A stretch of DNA of 64,000 nucleotides from an uncultured Actinomycetota bacterium (GTDB taxonomy: Bacteria; Actinomycetota; Actinomycetes; Mycobacteriales; Micromonosporaceae), in the NCBI GenBank assembly GCA_963850915.1, contig CAWKND010000005.1, forward strand, positions 559,621 through 623,620, written 5' to 3'. Position 1 is the first letter of the stretch. Every line of letters begins with the position of its first letter. A program made the position numbers and the translations under genes. Below the pieces are notes generated by a model, which had not been told where the DNA came from, ran no database searches, and was given only the letters and a program-made list of their open reading frames with translations. Below are positions 45,170 to 53,875 of the stretch, piece after piece.

Positions 45170-46210
45170 GTGGAGAATGTCGGCGTGCCTGAACCTCGCG
45201 CGTCCCGGGGCCGCCCACCCCGCCGACCCACCATCAACGACGTCGCGGCCGCCGCCGGCGTGTCCCGGGGGACCGTGTCCCGGGTCCTGAACGGCGGTCG
45301 CGACGTCAGCGACACCGCCCAGGACGCGGTCGAGCGGGCCATGCGCAAGACCGGCTACATCGTCAACCAGCACGCCCGCAGCCTGGTCACCCAGCGCTCC
45401 CAGTCGGTGGCGTTCATCCTCTCCGAGCCGCAGGACCGGCTCTTCGAGGACCCGAACTTCAACGTCCTGCTGCACGGCTGTACCCAGGCGCTGGCCCGGC
45501 ACGACATCACCCTGCTGCTCACCCTCGCCGGCAGCCAGGAGGACCGCAAACGCCTCGGCCGGTACCTCACAGCCGGTCACGTCGACGGTGCGCTGCTGGT
45601 CTCCACGCACACCGGCAACCCGCTCATCGCCGAGCTGCTCGGGCGTGGCCTGCCGGTGGTGGCCTGCGGCAAGCCGCTCGGGTACGAGCGCTCGGTCGCC
45701 TACGTCGCCGCCGACGACCGGGACGGCGCCCACCAGATGGTCAGCTACCTGCGCTCCACCGGCCGGCGCCGGATCGCCACCATCACCGGACCGCTGGACA
45801 CGCCCGGTGGTGTCGAGCGGCTCGCCGGCTACAGGGACGCCGTCGGCGACGTCGACCCGGTACTGGTCGTCAACGGCGACTACACCCGGGCGGCCGGCGA
45901 AGCCGCCATGGAGCAGCTGCTGGAGCAGGCGCCCGACCTCGACGCGGTGTTCGTCGCCTCCGACCTGATGGCGGCCGGCGCGCTCACCGTGCTGCAGCGG
46001 CTCGGCCGGCGGGTACCCGAGGACATCGCGATCGGTGGCTTCGACGACAGTCACATCGCGACCACCACGCACCCCAACCTGACCACCATCCGGCAGCCGT
46101 ACCCGCGCATCAGTACCGAGATGGTGCGGCTGCTGCTGAGCATGATCGAGGGCGAAAGCCCGGCCGCCGTCATCGTCCCCACCGAACTGGTCATCCGCGG
46201 CTCCGCCTGA
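45170..46210 (+). CDS. LacI-family transcriptional regulator, probably the repressor of the galactan locus
   Basis: HTH text PTINDVAAAAGVSRGTVSRVLNG plus a PBP-like core. The start may be GTG 45185 (GGAG upstream) instead of 45170. Confidence 0.85.
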   Translation: MENVGVPEPRASRGRPPRRPTINDVAAAAGVSRGTVSRVLNGGRDVSDTAQDAVERAMRKTGYIVNQHARSLVTQRSQSVAFILSEPQDRLFEDPNFNVLLHGCTQALARHDITLLLTLAGSQEDRKRLGRYLTAGHVDGALLVSTHTGNPLIAELLGRGLPVVACGKPLGYERSVAYVAADDRDGAHQMVSYLRSTGRRRIATITGPLDTPGGVERLAGYRDAVGDVDPVLVVNGDYTRAAGEAAMEQLLEQAPDLDAVFVASDLMAAGALTVLQRLGRRVPEDIAIGGFDDSHIATTTHPNLTTIRQPYPRISTEMVRLLLSMIEGESPAAVIVPTELVIRGSA

Positions 46211-46244
46211 TCCGCGTATTTCCAGCCCACGCCCGCCCCGGCGG

Positions 46245-47033
46245 TCAGACCGTGGCGACGGTCACCTGTACGGCCCCGATGCCATCGGCCTGCGGGTCGA
46301 CAGCGATGGTGTACTGGCCGTCTACGGTCAGTTCGGTGTCATCGATCTGCCCGACGTGGTTCACGATGCAGCCGCCGCCGATGTTGTTGCCGGCCGGGTC
46401 GATCAGGTAGAGCACCGCGCACTGGTCCGGCACGGTCGAGGCGGTCACCTGCACCCGCACGTGTGCTCCGGCGGCCCCGGTGAAGTGCAGGCGACTCACC
46501 GCACCGGGCTGGGTGACCGTGGCGGTGACCGGCGGCCCGGCGAGGGTGATCGCGCCGACCTGGTCAACCGCGGTCACGAACAGCACGCTCGCCTGGCCGG
46601 TCACGCCCGGGCCCGGCGTCACCGTCAGGGTGTACTGGCCGGTCGCCGGCAGGATCGTCGCGTCGATAAATCCGGTACCGCCGACCAGGCAGCCACTGCT
46701 GACAGGGGTGCCGGTCGGGTCGAGCAGGGTCAGCACCGCGCACCCGTCGGGCAGGTTGGTGGCGGGTATGTCCACGAAGACGTCCTGCCCCTTCGTACCG
46801 TTGAAGGTCAACCGGCCGGTACCGCCGGCTTCGGTGATCGACACGATGGTGCCGCCGGCCACCGGCTTGACCGACTGGCCGGCCGTCGCGCTCGGCTTGC
46901 CGGCCGCGCTCGGACCGCCGGTGGAGTGCGCGGCGACCGGCTTGCCGGTGGACTTGGCGCAGCCCGAGGCGAGCAGGCAGGCCGCCACGGCGAGAGTGGC
47001 CAGTGCCAGGGTGCGCCGGCGGGTGGTGAACAT
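46245..47033 (-). CDS. Lipoprotein of unknown function with two tandem beta-sandwich-like repeats
   Basis: Lipobox LLASGC. Two units of about 95 aa each contain a conserved Cys pair: PDGCAVLTLLDPTGTPVSSGC and PDQCAVLYLIDPAGNNIGGGC. Each is followed by GQYT(L/I). Confidence 0.6.
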   Translation of the reverse strand: MFTTRRRTLALATLAVAACLLASGCAKSTGKPVAAHSTGGPSAAGKPSATAGQSVKPVAGGTIVSITEAGGTGRLTFNGTKGQDVFVDIPATNLPDGCAVLTLLDPTGTPVSSGCLVGGTGFIDATILPATGQYTLTVTPGPGVTGQASVLFVTAVDQVGAITLAGPPVTATVTQPGAVSRLHFTGAAGAHVRVQVTASTVPDQCAVLYLIDPAGNNIGGGCIVNHVGQIDDTELTVDGQYTIAVDPQADGIGAVQVTVATV

Positions 47034-47077
47034 GGTGATCTCCTTGATGGTTGATGGGCTTGATGGATTGGTTGGGT

Positions 47078-47335
47078 TCAGAGTTCGAGGGCGGGCAGTA
47101 CCCGGGCGACGGTGGTACCGGTGCGCCGGAGGGCCTCGATGACGGTCGCCGGATCCTCGGCCGCCACCGCGTACTGGGCGCGCTGATCGGCCGGAACGTA
47201 GGTGCAGTGCAGGATCCGTACCGGCTGGCCGGCCGCGGTCATCGTCACCGCGACCCGGCGTAGCGCCGCGACCTCGACGCCGAGGTCGGCGATGTCGGCG
47301 ACGGCGACCGTGCGTGCGATGACATAGATGCCCAC
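47078..47335 (-). CDS. Small conserved hypothetical protein (DUF4242-like by eye)
   Basis: GTG 47335 gives 85 aa: VGIYVIARTVAV..VRILHCTYVPADQRAQYAVAAEDPATVIEALRRTG. The longer track ORF up to 47467 is possible. It is divergent from the LAL regulator. Confidence 0.4.
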   Translation of the reverse strand: MGIYVIARTVAVADIADLGVEVAALRRVAVTMTAAGQPVRILHCTYVPADQRAQYAVAAEDPATVIEALRRTGTTVARVLPALEL

Positions 47336-47363
47336 GCCTGTCGACGCTAGGCAGCCGGGAAGA

Positions 47364-47408
47364 GGCGGGTATCCGTCAAAGTACGGGTGTGGTACCCGGA
47401 TAGCCGCC
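47364..47408. promoter_or_regulatory. Inverted repeat in the divergent promoter region
   Basis: GGCGGGTATCCG-N21-CGGATAGCCGCC, with 12-bp arms and one mismatch. Confidence 0.3.
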
Positions 47409-47493
47409 GATGTGCCGCACACTGACAGCGCGCCCGACCTACGCCACGTCAGCTCCGACGTGACCACCCGCGGGGCGCGGTGGCGGTAGGTCG

Positions 47494-50307
47494 ATGAGCG
47501 AATCAGACGCTGCGGTGTACGACTGCCGGCCGGCCGAGTTCGCGACGGTCAACGCCTTCGTGACCGGCGACCACCACCCGTCCGCGTTGCTGATCGAGGG
47601 CGCGGCCGGCATCGGCAAGTCGACCCTGTGGGGGGCGGCGGTCAGCTCCGCGATGACCGACGGCCGGTTGGTGCTCGCCGTACGACCGGCCGAGTCGGAG
47701 GCGCGGATGTCCTTCGCCAGCCTCGCCGACCTGCTCGAACCGGTCGCCGACACGCTGCTGCCGAAGCTCGAGGCGCCGCAGCGCGCGGTACTGGAGGTGG
47801 CGCTGCTGCGGCGGCTGCCACCGCCGGTACCGCCCAACGAACGGGAGATCGGTGCCGCGGTACTGGCCGCGCTGCGCCAACTCGCCGACCAGAGCACTGT
47901 TGTGGTCGCCATCGACGACGTGCAGTGGCTCGACGACGCGAGCGCCGAGGTGCTGGCCTTCGCGCTGCGCCGCTTGCGTGGCAACAACGTGCGGCTGCTG
48001 ATCTCGGCGCGTACCGGTGAATTCGCCGACCGGCAACACTCCCCGCCACCGGGCGCGGGGCAGCGGGTACTGGATGCCATCGGTGAACTGGCGGCCACCC
48101 GGATCACCCTCGGACCCCTCACCGACCAGGGCGTGACCGAGCTGATCCGTACCCGCGTAGGTGCCCTGTCCCCGGCCGCCGAGCGCCGGCTGGTCGCGGC
48201 CGCCGGCGGCAACCCCTACTGGGCCCTGGAACTCGGCACCGCGATCGCCGCCGCCGGTCCGACCGGCTCCGCCGAGGTACCCATCCCCGCCTCGCTGTCC
48301 GGGCTGCTCCGCCGGCGCCTGGTCGACCAGCCCGACCAGGTACGGCTGGTACTCGTCGTGGTGGCCGCACTCTCCCGGGCCAGCTGGGCGGCGACCAGCC
48401 GGGCGCTCGCCGGTCAGGTCACCGACGCCGATGCCGCGATCGACGCGGCCGTGGCGGCCGGCGTGGTCACCGAGACCGCCGGCCGGCTACGCCCGGCCCA
48501 CCCGCTGCTCGGCCTGGCCGCGATCGATTCGCTCGCCCCCGGACAGCGGTACCGCCTGCACCGCCGGCTCGCCGAGATCACCGCCGACCCGGAACAGCGC
48601 GCACGCCACCTGGCGCTGGCCAACAACGGGGAGCCCGACTCCGAGGTGGCCCGTTCGCTTTCGGCCGGCGCGCTGTCCGCGCGCTCCCGGGGTGCCACCC
48701 ATGCCGCCGCGGAACTCGTCGACCTGTCCATCGCGCTCACCCCGGCCAGCGAGGTCGCCGAGCTGGCCGACCGGCGGTTGGCCGCCGCCGAGCTGTGGTT
48801 CGCGGCCGGCGACCTCGCGCGCGCCTGCGAACTCGCCGAGGAGCTCGCCCGCGACGATCCCGATGCACAGCGGCTGCCGGCCATCCTTCCGCTACTCGTC
48901 GAGACGAGCTACTGGATCCGTGGTCAGGCCGCCGCGCAGTCGATCGTGCGTACCGCCCTGGACCGCCCCGGCGGTGACCCACGACTGCGGGCTGTCGCCC
49001 TGGCCTGCGCGGCAGATGTCGGCGACGGATCGGGTACCAGCCGGGCGGAGTTGGCCGGCGAGTCCATCGCCCTCTTCGACTCGCTCGGTGACACCGACCC
49101 CGGATCGCTGTCCATGGCGCTGGTCTACCTCGCTGAGGACCGGCTCGACTCGGGTACCGGGATCGCCGCGGATCTGTTCGCCCGCGCCCAGCGGGCCGAA
49201 GACCGGCAGCAGCAGCTGCGACCCCAGTTCATCCCGCTGCTCAACCGGGTCCGCAGTGTCCGCGCCTATCAACTCAAACTCGTGGACGATCTCGACGGTG
49301 CCCGGACGGAGCTGCTGGACCTGCTGACGTTGGCCCGGCGGGAGGGCGACGACGGGTCCATCCCCGCCCTGCTCGGCCATCTCGCCTTGACCGAGTGCTG
49401 GGCGGGCAACTATCCGACCGGCCTCGCCGCCGCGCAGGAGGGCCTCACCTGCGCCGAGGAGACCGGCGGCGTCGCCCCCGCTTCGCTGTACGCCGCCCGT
49501 GGCCTGCTCGCCGTACTCACCGGTGACCAGGGGTACGCCCGCAAGCTGATCGGCGACCGGCTCGGTACCGACAGCGGCGCCACGCCCACCAAGAAAACGT
49601 TGGTGTACCACCATGTGCTCGGCCTGGCTGAGCTGCTCGCCGGCGAAAACCGGGCGGCCCTGCACCACCTCGATCAGGCGTACGCGGCAGCGCAGGCGCT
49701 CGACATCCGGGAACCCGGGCGACGGCAACGGCTGGAAGGCGATCTCGGTCAGGCGCTCATCGGTATCGGCGAACTCGACCGGGCCGCGGCCCTCGCGGCG
49801 GAGCAGCGGGAGATCGGCGAGCGGCTCGGCCGACCGACCCTGATCGGGGTCGGGCTGCGCATCGCCGGCATGGTGCAGGCGGCGCGTGGCGACGTGGCGG
49901 GCGCCGTGGTCAGCCTGGAGGCGGCGGTCGGGGCGCACCGGCTGTCCCCGCTGGCGTTGGAGCTGCCCCGTACCCAACTTGCCCTGGGCCAGATCCAGCG
50001 CCGCAGGCGGGACAAGCAGGCGGCCCGCCTGCACCTGCAGGCGGCCGTCGACGAGTTCACCCGGCTCGGTGCCGCGCCCTGGGCCGAACTTGCCGCAAGT
50101 GAGCTGCGGCGGCTCGGCGGTGCCCGCAGTGCCACCGCGCTGACCGCGGCGGAGCAGTCGGTTGCTGCGCTGGCCTCGGCGGGACGCAACAACCGGGAGA
50201 TCGCCGCGGAACTGTTCATCAGCGCCCGTACCGTGGAGGGTCACCTCGCCTCGGTCTACCGCAAGCTCGACATCCCCGGTCGCGGCCGCATCCCGCGCCA
50301 GCCCTGA
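47494..50307 (+). CDS. LAL-type (large ATP-binding LuxR family) transcriptional regulator
   Basis: N-terminal Walker A GAAGIGKST, a long helical/TPR-like middle, and C-terminal LuxR HTH LTAAEQSVAALASAGRNNREIAAELFISARTVEGHLASVYRKL. Confidence 0.9.
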   Translation: MSESDAAVYDCRPAEFATVNAFVTGDHHPSALLIEGAAGIGKSTLWGAAVSSAMTDGRLVLAVRPAESEARMSFASLADLLEPVADTLLPKLEAPQRAVLEVALLRRLPPPVPPNEREIGAAVLAALRQLADQSTVVVAIDDVQWLDDASAEVLAFALRRLRGNNVRLLISARTGEFADRQHSPPPGAGQRVLDAIGELAATRITLGPLTDQGVTELIRTRVGALSPAAERRLVAAAGGNPYWALELGTAIAAAGPTGSAEVPIPASLSGLLRRRLVDQPDQVRLVLVVVAALSRASWAATSRALAGQVTDADAAIDAAVAAGVVTETAGRLRPAHPLLGLAAIDSLAPGQRYRLHRRLAEITADPEQRARHLALANNGEPDSEVARSLSAGALSARSRGATHAAAELVDLSIALTPASEVAELADRRLAAAELWFAAGDLARACELAEELARDDPDAQRLPAILPLLVETSYWIRGQAAAQSIVRTALDRPGGDPRLRAVALACAADVGDGSGTSRAELAGESIALFDSLGDTDPGSLSMALVYLAEDRLDSGTGIAADLFARAQRAEDRQQQLRPQFIPLLNRVRSVRAYQLKLVDDLDGARTELLDLLTLARREGDDGSIPALLGHLALTECWAGNYPTGLAAAQEGLTCAEETGGVAPASLYAARGLLAVLTGDQGYARKLIGDRLGTDSGATPTKKTLVYHHVLGLAELLAGENRAALHHLDQAYAAAQALDIREPGRRQRLEGDLGQALIGIGELDRAAALAAEQREIGERLGRPTLIGVGLRIAGMVQAARGDVAGAVVSLEAAVGAHRLSPLALELPRTQLALGQIQRRRRDKQAARLHLQAAVDEFTRLGAAPWAELAASELRRLGGARSATALTAAEQSVAALASAGRNNREIAAELFISARTVEGHLASVYRKLDIPGRGRIPRQP

Positions 50308-50378
50308 CCCGCCCCAGCCCTGACCCGCACCAGCCCTGACCCGCGCCAGCCCTGACCCGCGCCGGCCCTGACCGGCGA
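50299..50378. repeat. Five copies of a 16-bp tandem repeat (CAGCCCTGACCCGCNC) starting inside the last codons of the LAL gene
   Basis: Units lie at 50299, 50315, 50331, 50347 and 50363 (the last is degenerate). Each carries TGA. The 16-nt period places TGA in all three frames. Confidence 0.85.
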
Positions 50379-50505
50379 GCTTTCCAGGTACCGGGTGCGT
50401 ACTTCTGCGGGTACCCGCCACCGGCCGGACACCTACCGTCGAAGATGCGTGGCCCTCGTCGCGGCCCGGCGGGCGCTGCCGCACGCCAGCGCATGATCGG
50501 AGCGT

Positions 50506-51387
50506 GTGATGTTCACCGGTAGAAGTCTGCACGAGTCGTTCCGGCCCGCGGCCGGGCCGGCGATGACGGCCTTCCGGAACTCGCTGATTCTGGCCTGGTC
50601 GGCGGTTGACGGATTCATGTACAGCGCCATGGACATGCAGGACGACGGGGTGATCAACGCCTGGCGGCTGCCGGCCGATCGCAGCGCCGAACGGCTGTCA
50701 CTGGCCTACTACGACGCGGTCGACGAGTTGCTGATCGGCTACAACGGTCAGGACAACCAGGCGTGGCTGGCCCGGACCCGGGACGGCGGCACCATCGACG
50801 ACCGGGGTCCCTGGCTGGAGCCGATCATCGGCGGTCCGGCACTCCACTCGACCAAGGCCCGGCTGTACTTCGCCTACACCGACCAGAGCACCCAACAGGT
50901 CCACTCGGGACACTCCGGCAACCCGCCGTTGGACACCGAGGAGGTGGGTACCTACCCGGGCGCGTACAGCATCGACACCCCGGGAGTGGTCGTCACCGAC
51001 AAGGGCCCGCTGATCGTCTACGCCGGTACCGACAGCCCCGGGTACAGCCTGAACGCGTACCTGGTCGACGAGCCGACCGGGCCGCCGCGGATCTGTACCT
51101 TCCCCGACCAGTGCCGGGGCGGACCGAACCTGGTCACCGTCGGTGGCCGGTACGCGGCCGCGTACGTCGGCCACAACCAGCACCTGTACCTGCTGTTCGG
51201 CGTCGACGCCCTCGACCCCGCCCAGACCGAGCGGTGGAAGTTCGCCGACACGAGCCCGTGGCCGCCGGCTGTCGCCACCATCAACGGCGAAACCTACGTC
51301 GCCTGGTTCGGTACCGACGGCGAGAACAAGCTCAACTTCGCCCACATCGACGCCATGTCGATGGTCTACCGGGGCGGCAGTGGCTGA
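50506..51387 (+). CDS. Cytoplasmic repeat protein of unknown function (six repeats of about 47 aa, beta-propeller-like)
   Basis: No signal peptide. The recurring blade-like pattern is LILAWSAVDG, LLIGYNGQDNQAWL, LYFAYTDQSTQQV, LIVYAGTDSPGYSLNAY, AAAYVGHNQHLYLLF and TYVAWFGTDGENKLNFAH. Confidence 0.6.
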   Translation: MMFTGRSLHESFRPAAGPAMTAFRNSLILAWSAVDGFMYSAMDMQDDGVINAWRLPADRSAERLSLAYYDAVDELLIGYNGQDNQAWLARTRDGGTIDDRGPWLEPIIGGPALHSTKARLYFAYTDQSTQQVHSGHSGNPPLDTEEVGTYPGAYSIDTPGVVVTDKGPLIVYAGTDSPGYSLNAYLVDEPTGPPRICTFPDQCRGGPNLVTVGGRYAAAYVGHNQHLYLLFGVDALDPAQTERWKFADTSPWPPAVATINGETYVAWFGTDGENKLNFAHIDAMSMVYRGGSG

Positions 51388-51456
51388 CCCGGGGCGGCGC
51401 GGTGACGTCGGCTCGGACACCTCCGGCTGCTGATCCGCAGCTGGCACCAACCCGGA

Positions 51457-51490
51457 CCCTCGCGGTGGGCGAGTCCCGCCGCGAGGGTTT
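51457..51490 (+). terminator. Intrinsic terminator after the repeat-protein gene
   Basis: CCCTCGCGGTGGG-CGAGT-CCCGCCGCGAGGG forms a 13-bp stem with one G-U pair, followed by TTT. Confidence 0.6.
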
Positions 51491-51536
51491 CAACGCGTGC
51501 ATTTGCGGGCAAGCGTGAACCGGGGGAGTTTGCCGG

Positions 51537-51827
51537 GTGGATGGGGTAGTGGGCGTGAGTGGGCTGTTGGGCAAGGTGGCGTACAAGCCGGTTGGTCTGT
51601 TGCTGGGGGCGGCCGCCGGCGCGGCGTCGGGGTTGATCTTCAAGCAGATCTGGAAGCGGGTCGCGGACGAGGACGATGCGCCGAACGCCACTGACGAGGA
51701 GCGCGGCTGGACCGAGATCCTGGTCGCCGCCGCCCTGCAGGGGGCGATCTTCGCGCTGGTGAAGGCGGCTATCGACCGGGCCGGCGCCACCGGCGTCCGG
51801 AAAGTCACCGGCCACTGGCCGGCCTGA
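51537..51827 (+). CDS. DUF4235-like small protein
   Basis: The text YKPVGLLLGAAAGAASGLIFKQIWKRVADEDDAPNATDEERGWTEILVAAALQGAIFALVKAAIDRAGA matches my memory of DUF4235. The start is uncertain (GTG 51537 or 51555). Confidence 0.65.
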   Translation: MDGVVGVSGLLGKVAYKPVGLLLGAAAGAASGLIFKQIWKRVADEDDAPNATDEERGWTEILVAAALQGAIFALVKAAIDRAGATGVRKVTGHWPA

Positions 51828-51935
51828 CCCGTCGGTCCTGACCCGTTCGATCCTGATCCGTCGATCCGAAGTTCCAGAACGCTTGCCGTACCAGGAGTTC
51901 AGGCGCACACGTGTGCCGAGATGTGAGGAGTCGCA

Positions 51936-52199
51936 GTGGTGAAGACAGTGTCCCTGGCCGCCGGGCTGGCCGTCGGGTACGTGCTCGGTGCCCGTGCCGG
52001 CCGGGAGAAGTACAACCAGATCGCGGAGACCGCGCGTCGATGGGCCGGCCAGCCGCCGGTCGTCCGGGCCCAGGCCGCGGTGACCGACGCCCTGGCCGAC
52101 GTGAAGGAAGCCATCGCCGACACGGCCGCCAAGAGCGGTGGTACGAAGGCGCGGAAGTCTTCTGCGGCAAGTACTTCCGTCAATGGCAGTGGCCTGTAG
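51936..52199 (+). CDS. Small hypothetical protein with an N-terminal hydrophobic/Gly-zipper segment
   Basis: GTG follows GAGGAG. The text LAAGLAVGYVLGARAGREKYNQI is common in small actinobacterial proteins. Confidence 0.5.
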   Translation: MVKTVSLAAGLAVGYVLGARAGREKYNQIAETARRWAGQPPVVRAQAAVTDALADVKEAIADTAAKSGGTKARKSSAASTSVNGSGL

Positions 52200-52214
52200 C
52201 ACCGCACCGCATCG

Positions 52215-52257
52215 GGTGATGCCCCGTGGTGTCGGTGTGACACGGCGGGGCATCACC
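52215..52257 (+). terminator. Strong hairpin after the small gene
   Basis: GGTGATGCCCCG and CGGGGCATCACC form perfect 12-bp arms with an inner CCGTG/CACGG extension. There is no clear U-tract. Confidence 0.5.
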
Positions 52258-52291
52258 GCATTCCGGCCCCATCAGTCACGGAAGGATTCCC

Positions 52292-53392
52292 ATGGACGAG
52301 GCCAGCCAGTCGACAGCCGACCAGCCCGCCGCGCAGGACGGCCCGGCCAAGCCCACCACGCAGGAAGCCCCGGCCGGGGCTACCGCGCAGGACGCTCCGG
52401 TCGAGCCCACCGCGCAGGACGGCCCGGCCAAGCCGACGGCGCAGGACGGCCCGGCCAAGCCCACCGATCTGAGCCGGCGCGCGTGGTGGGCAGCGTTGAA
52501 GCGCACGGTCAAACAGTTCAACCAGGACAACCTAACCGACTGGGCCGCGGTACTGACGTACTACGGCGTCCTCTCCCTCTTCCCCGGGCTGCTGGTACTC
52601 ATCGCCGTGCTCCGGCTGGCGGGTAAGTCCACCATGGACAAGATCCTGACCAGCCTGACCGCGATCGCACCGGGGCAGACCGGCAGCGTGCTGCATACCG
52701 CGGTCGCCCACCTGGAGGAGAGCCAGCAGTCCACGGCCGGCATCCTGGCCGTCGTCGGGGTGGTAGCCGCGCTGTGGTCGTCGTCGGGGTACGTCGGCGC
52801 GTTCATGCGCGCCGCCAACTCGATCTACGACGTGCCGGAGGGCCGGCCGATCTGGAAGACCATCCCGGTCCGGCTCGGCGTCACCGTCCTCACCGGCGTC
52901 ATCGTCACCGTGGCCGCGCTCGCCGTACTCCTCACCGGCGGCCTCGCCAAGCAGTTGGGGCGCCTCGTCGGGCTCGGCCCGCAGGCGGTACAGGTGTGGG
53001 ACATCGTGAAGTGGCCGGTCCTGGTGATACTGATCAGTTTCGTCTTCGCGGTCCTCTACTGGGCCTCGCCCAATGCCCGGCAGGGTGGCTTCCGCTGGGT
53101 CAGCCCGGGCGGCGTACTCGCCGTCGTACTGTGGCTGATCGCCTCCGGCGGCTTCGCCCTGTACGTGGCCAACTTCGGCTCGTACGACAAGACCTACGGC
53201 GCGCTGGCCGCGGTGATCATCTTCCTGGTCTGGATGTGGATCTCCAACCTGGCGATCCTGCTCGGCGCCGAATTCGATGCCGAACTCCAGCGCGGCCGGG
53301 CCATTGTCGCCGGCCACGATCCGGCCGACGAGCCCTACATGGCGCTGCGCGATGACCGGAAAATCTCCAAGCAGCGCGCCGGTGACCTCTGA
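52292..53392 (+). CDS. YihY/BrkB-family membrane protein with a repeat-encoded N-terminal tail
   Basis: Text WAAVLTYYGVLSLFPGLLVL, LWSSSGYVGAFMRAANSIY and WISNLAILLGAEFDAEL is typical of YihY. Confidence 0.85.
   Translation: MDEASQSTADQPAAQDGPAKPTTQEAPAGATAQDAPVEPTAQDGPAKPTAQDGPAKPTDLSRRAWWAALKRTVKQFNQDNLTDWAAVLTYYGVLSLFPGLLVLIAVLRLAGKSTMDKILTSLTAIAPGQTGSVLHTAVAHLEESQQSTAGILAVVGVVAALWSSSGYVGAFMRAANSIYDVPEGRPIWKTIPVRLGVTVLTGVIVTVAALAVLLTGGLAKQLGRLVGLGPQAVQVWDIVKWPVLVILISFVFAVLYWASPNARQGGFRWVSPGGVLAVVLWLIASGGFALYVANFGSYDKTYGALAAVIIFLVWMWISNLAILLGAEFDAELQRGRAIVAGHDPADEPYMALRDDRKISKQRAGDL
52331..52465 (+). repeat. Five copies of a 27-bp tandem repeat
   Basis: The GCGCAGGACGGCCCGGCCAAGCCCACC-type units encode AQDGPAKPT-like nonapeptides. 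Copies 1, 4 and 5 are nearly identical. Confidence 0.85.
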
Positions 53393-53447
53393 CACCCGCC
53401 TCTCTGCCCGCCGCCGGCTGGCCTTCGAGACCGTGCGGCCGGCCGGC

Positions 53448-53735
53448 TCAGAACGGCTCCGGGCCGACCCCGCGCAGTTCGACCGCCTGACCGGCCTTCG
53501 TCGGCGTGACCCCGACCACCAGCGCCTCCCCGGCTGCGCCCGAGTCCAGCACCAGGACCAGCGACTGGCCGACCCGGTCGAGCAGGCTGTCCGGGGCGTG
53601 GGCGACCAGGGTACCGACCCAGCCTGTGCCGACCGGGTCGTCGTGCTCCGGCTCGATCGACTGCAGGCTCACCTCAGCCAGGAACTCCGGCGAGCCGGCC
53701 AACCTCACCTGGGCCGCGCCTTCGTAAGATGCCAT
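53448..53735 (-). CDS. Small hypothetical protein (DUF4873-like by eye)
   Basis: ATG 53735 opens MASYEGAAQVRLAG and the protein ends ..ELRGVGPEPF. Assignment is weak. Confidence 0.4.
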   Translation of the reverse strand: MASYEGAAQVRLAGSPEFLAEVSLQSIEPEHDDPVGTGWVGTLVAHAPDSLLDRVGQSLVLVLDSGAAGEALVVGVTPTKAGQAVELRGVGPEPF

Positions 53736-53828
53736 TCCCCCATCCTCGCCTACCGCCGTCCAGGTAACGGGCGGGCCGCGCACTGACGGAGCCGGAAACC
53801 AAGGGATCGGATACTGAGGGAAAGGTCA

Positions 53829-53863
53829 CTGACCGATCGGTGGACGACTGACCGATCGGTCAG
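53829..53863. promoter_or_regulatory. Two tandem TetR-type operators
   Basis: CTGACCGATCGGT lies at 53829-41 and the perfect 16-bp palindrome CTGACCGATCGGTCAG at 53848-63. The period is 19 bp and the sites end 12 nt before the tetR ATG. Confidence 0.6.
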
Positions 53864-53875
53864 GAGAGTGGAGGG

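Noticed and set aside
47494-50307. A STAND/Avs-like antiphage NTPase (P-loop followed by helical repeats).
   Set aside because: The architecture is an N-terminal P-loop, helical/TPR repeats and a C-terminal LuxR HTH. This is the LAL/MalT-type transcription factor layout, and there is no nuclease, protease or other effector domain.
50299-50378. Possible CRISPR array or iteron origin.
   Set aside because: The repeats are directly abutting 16-mers with no spacers, and there are no cas genes or replication genes nearby. I kept it as a tandem repeat of unknown role.
51332-52256. Minus-strand ORFs (158 and 296 aa) across the DUF4235/small-protein region.
   Set aside because: They are Arg/Pro-rich and antisense to two plus-strand ORFs that have recognisable conserved text, ribosome-binding sites and downstream hairpins.
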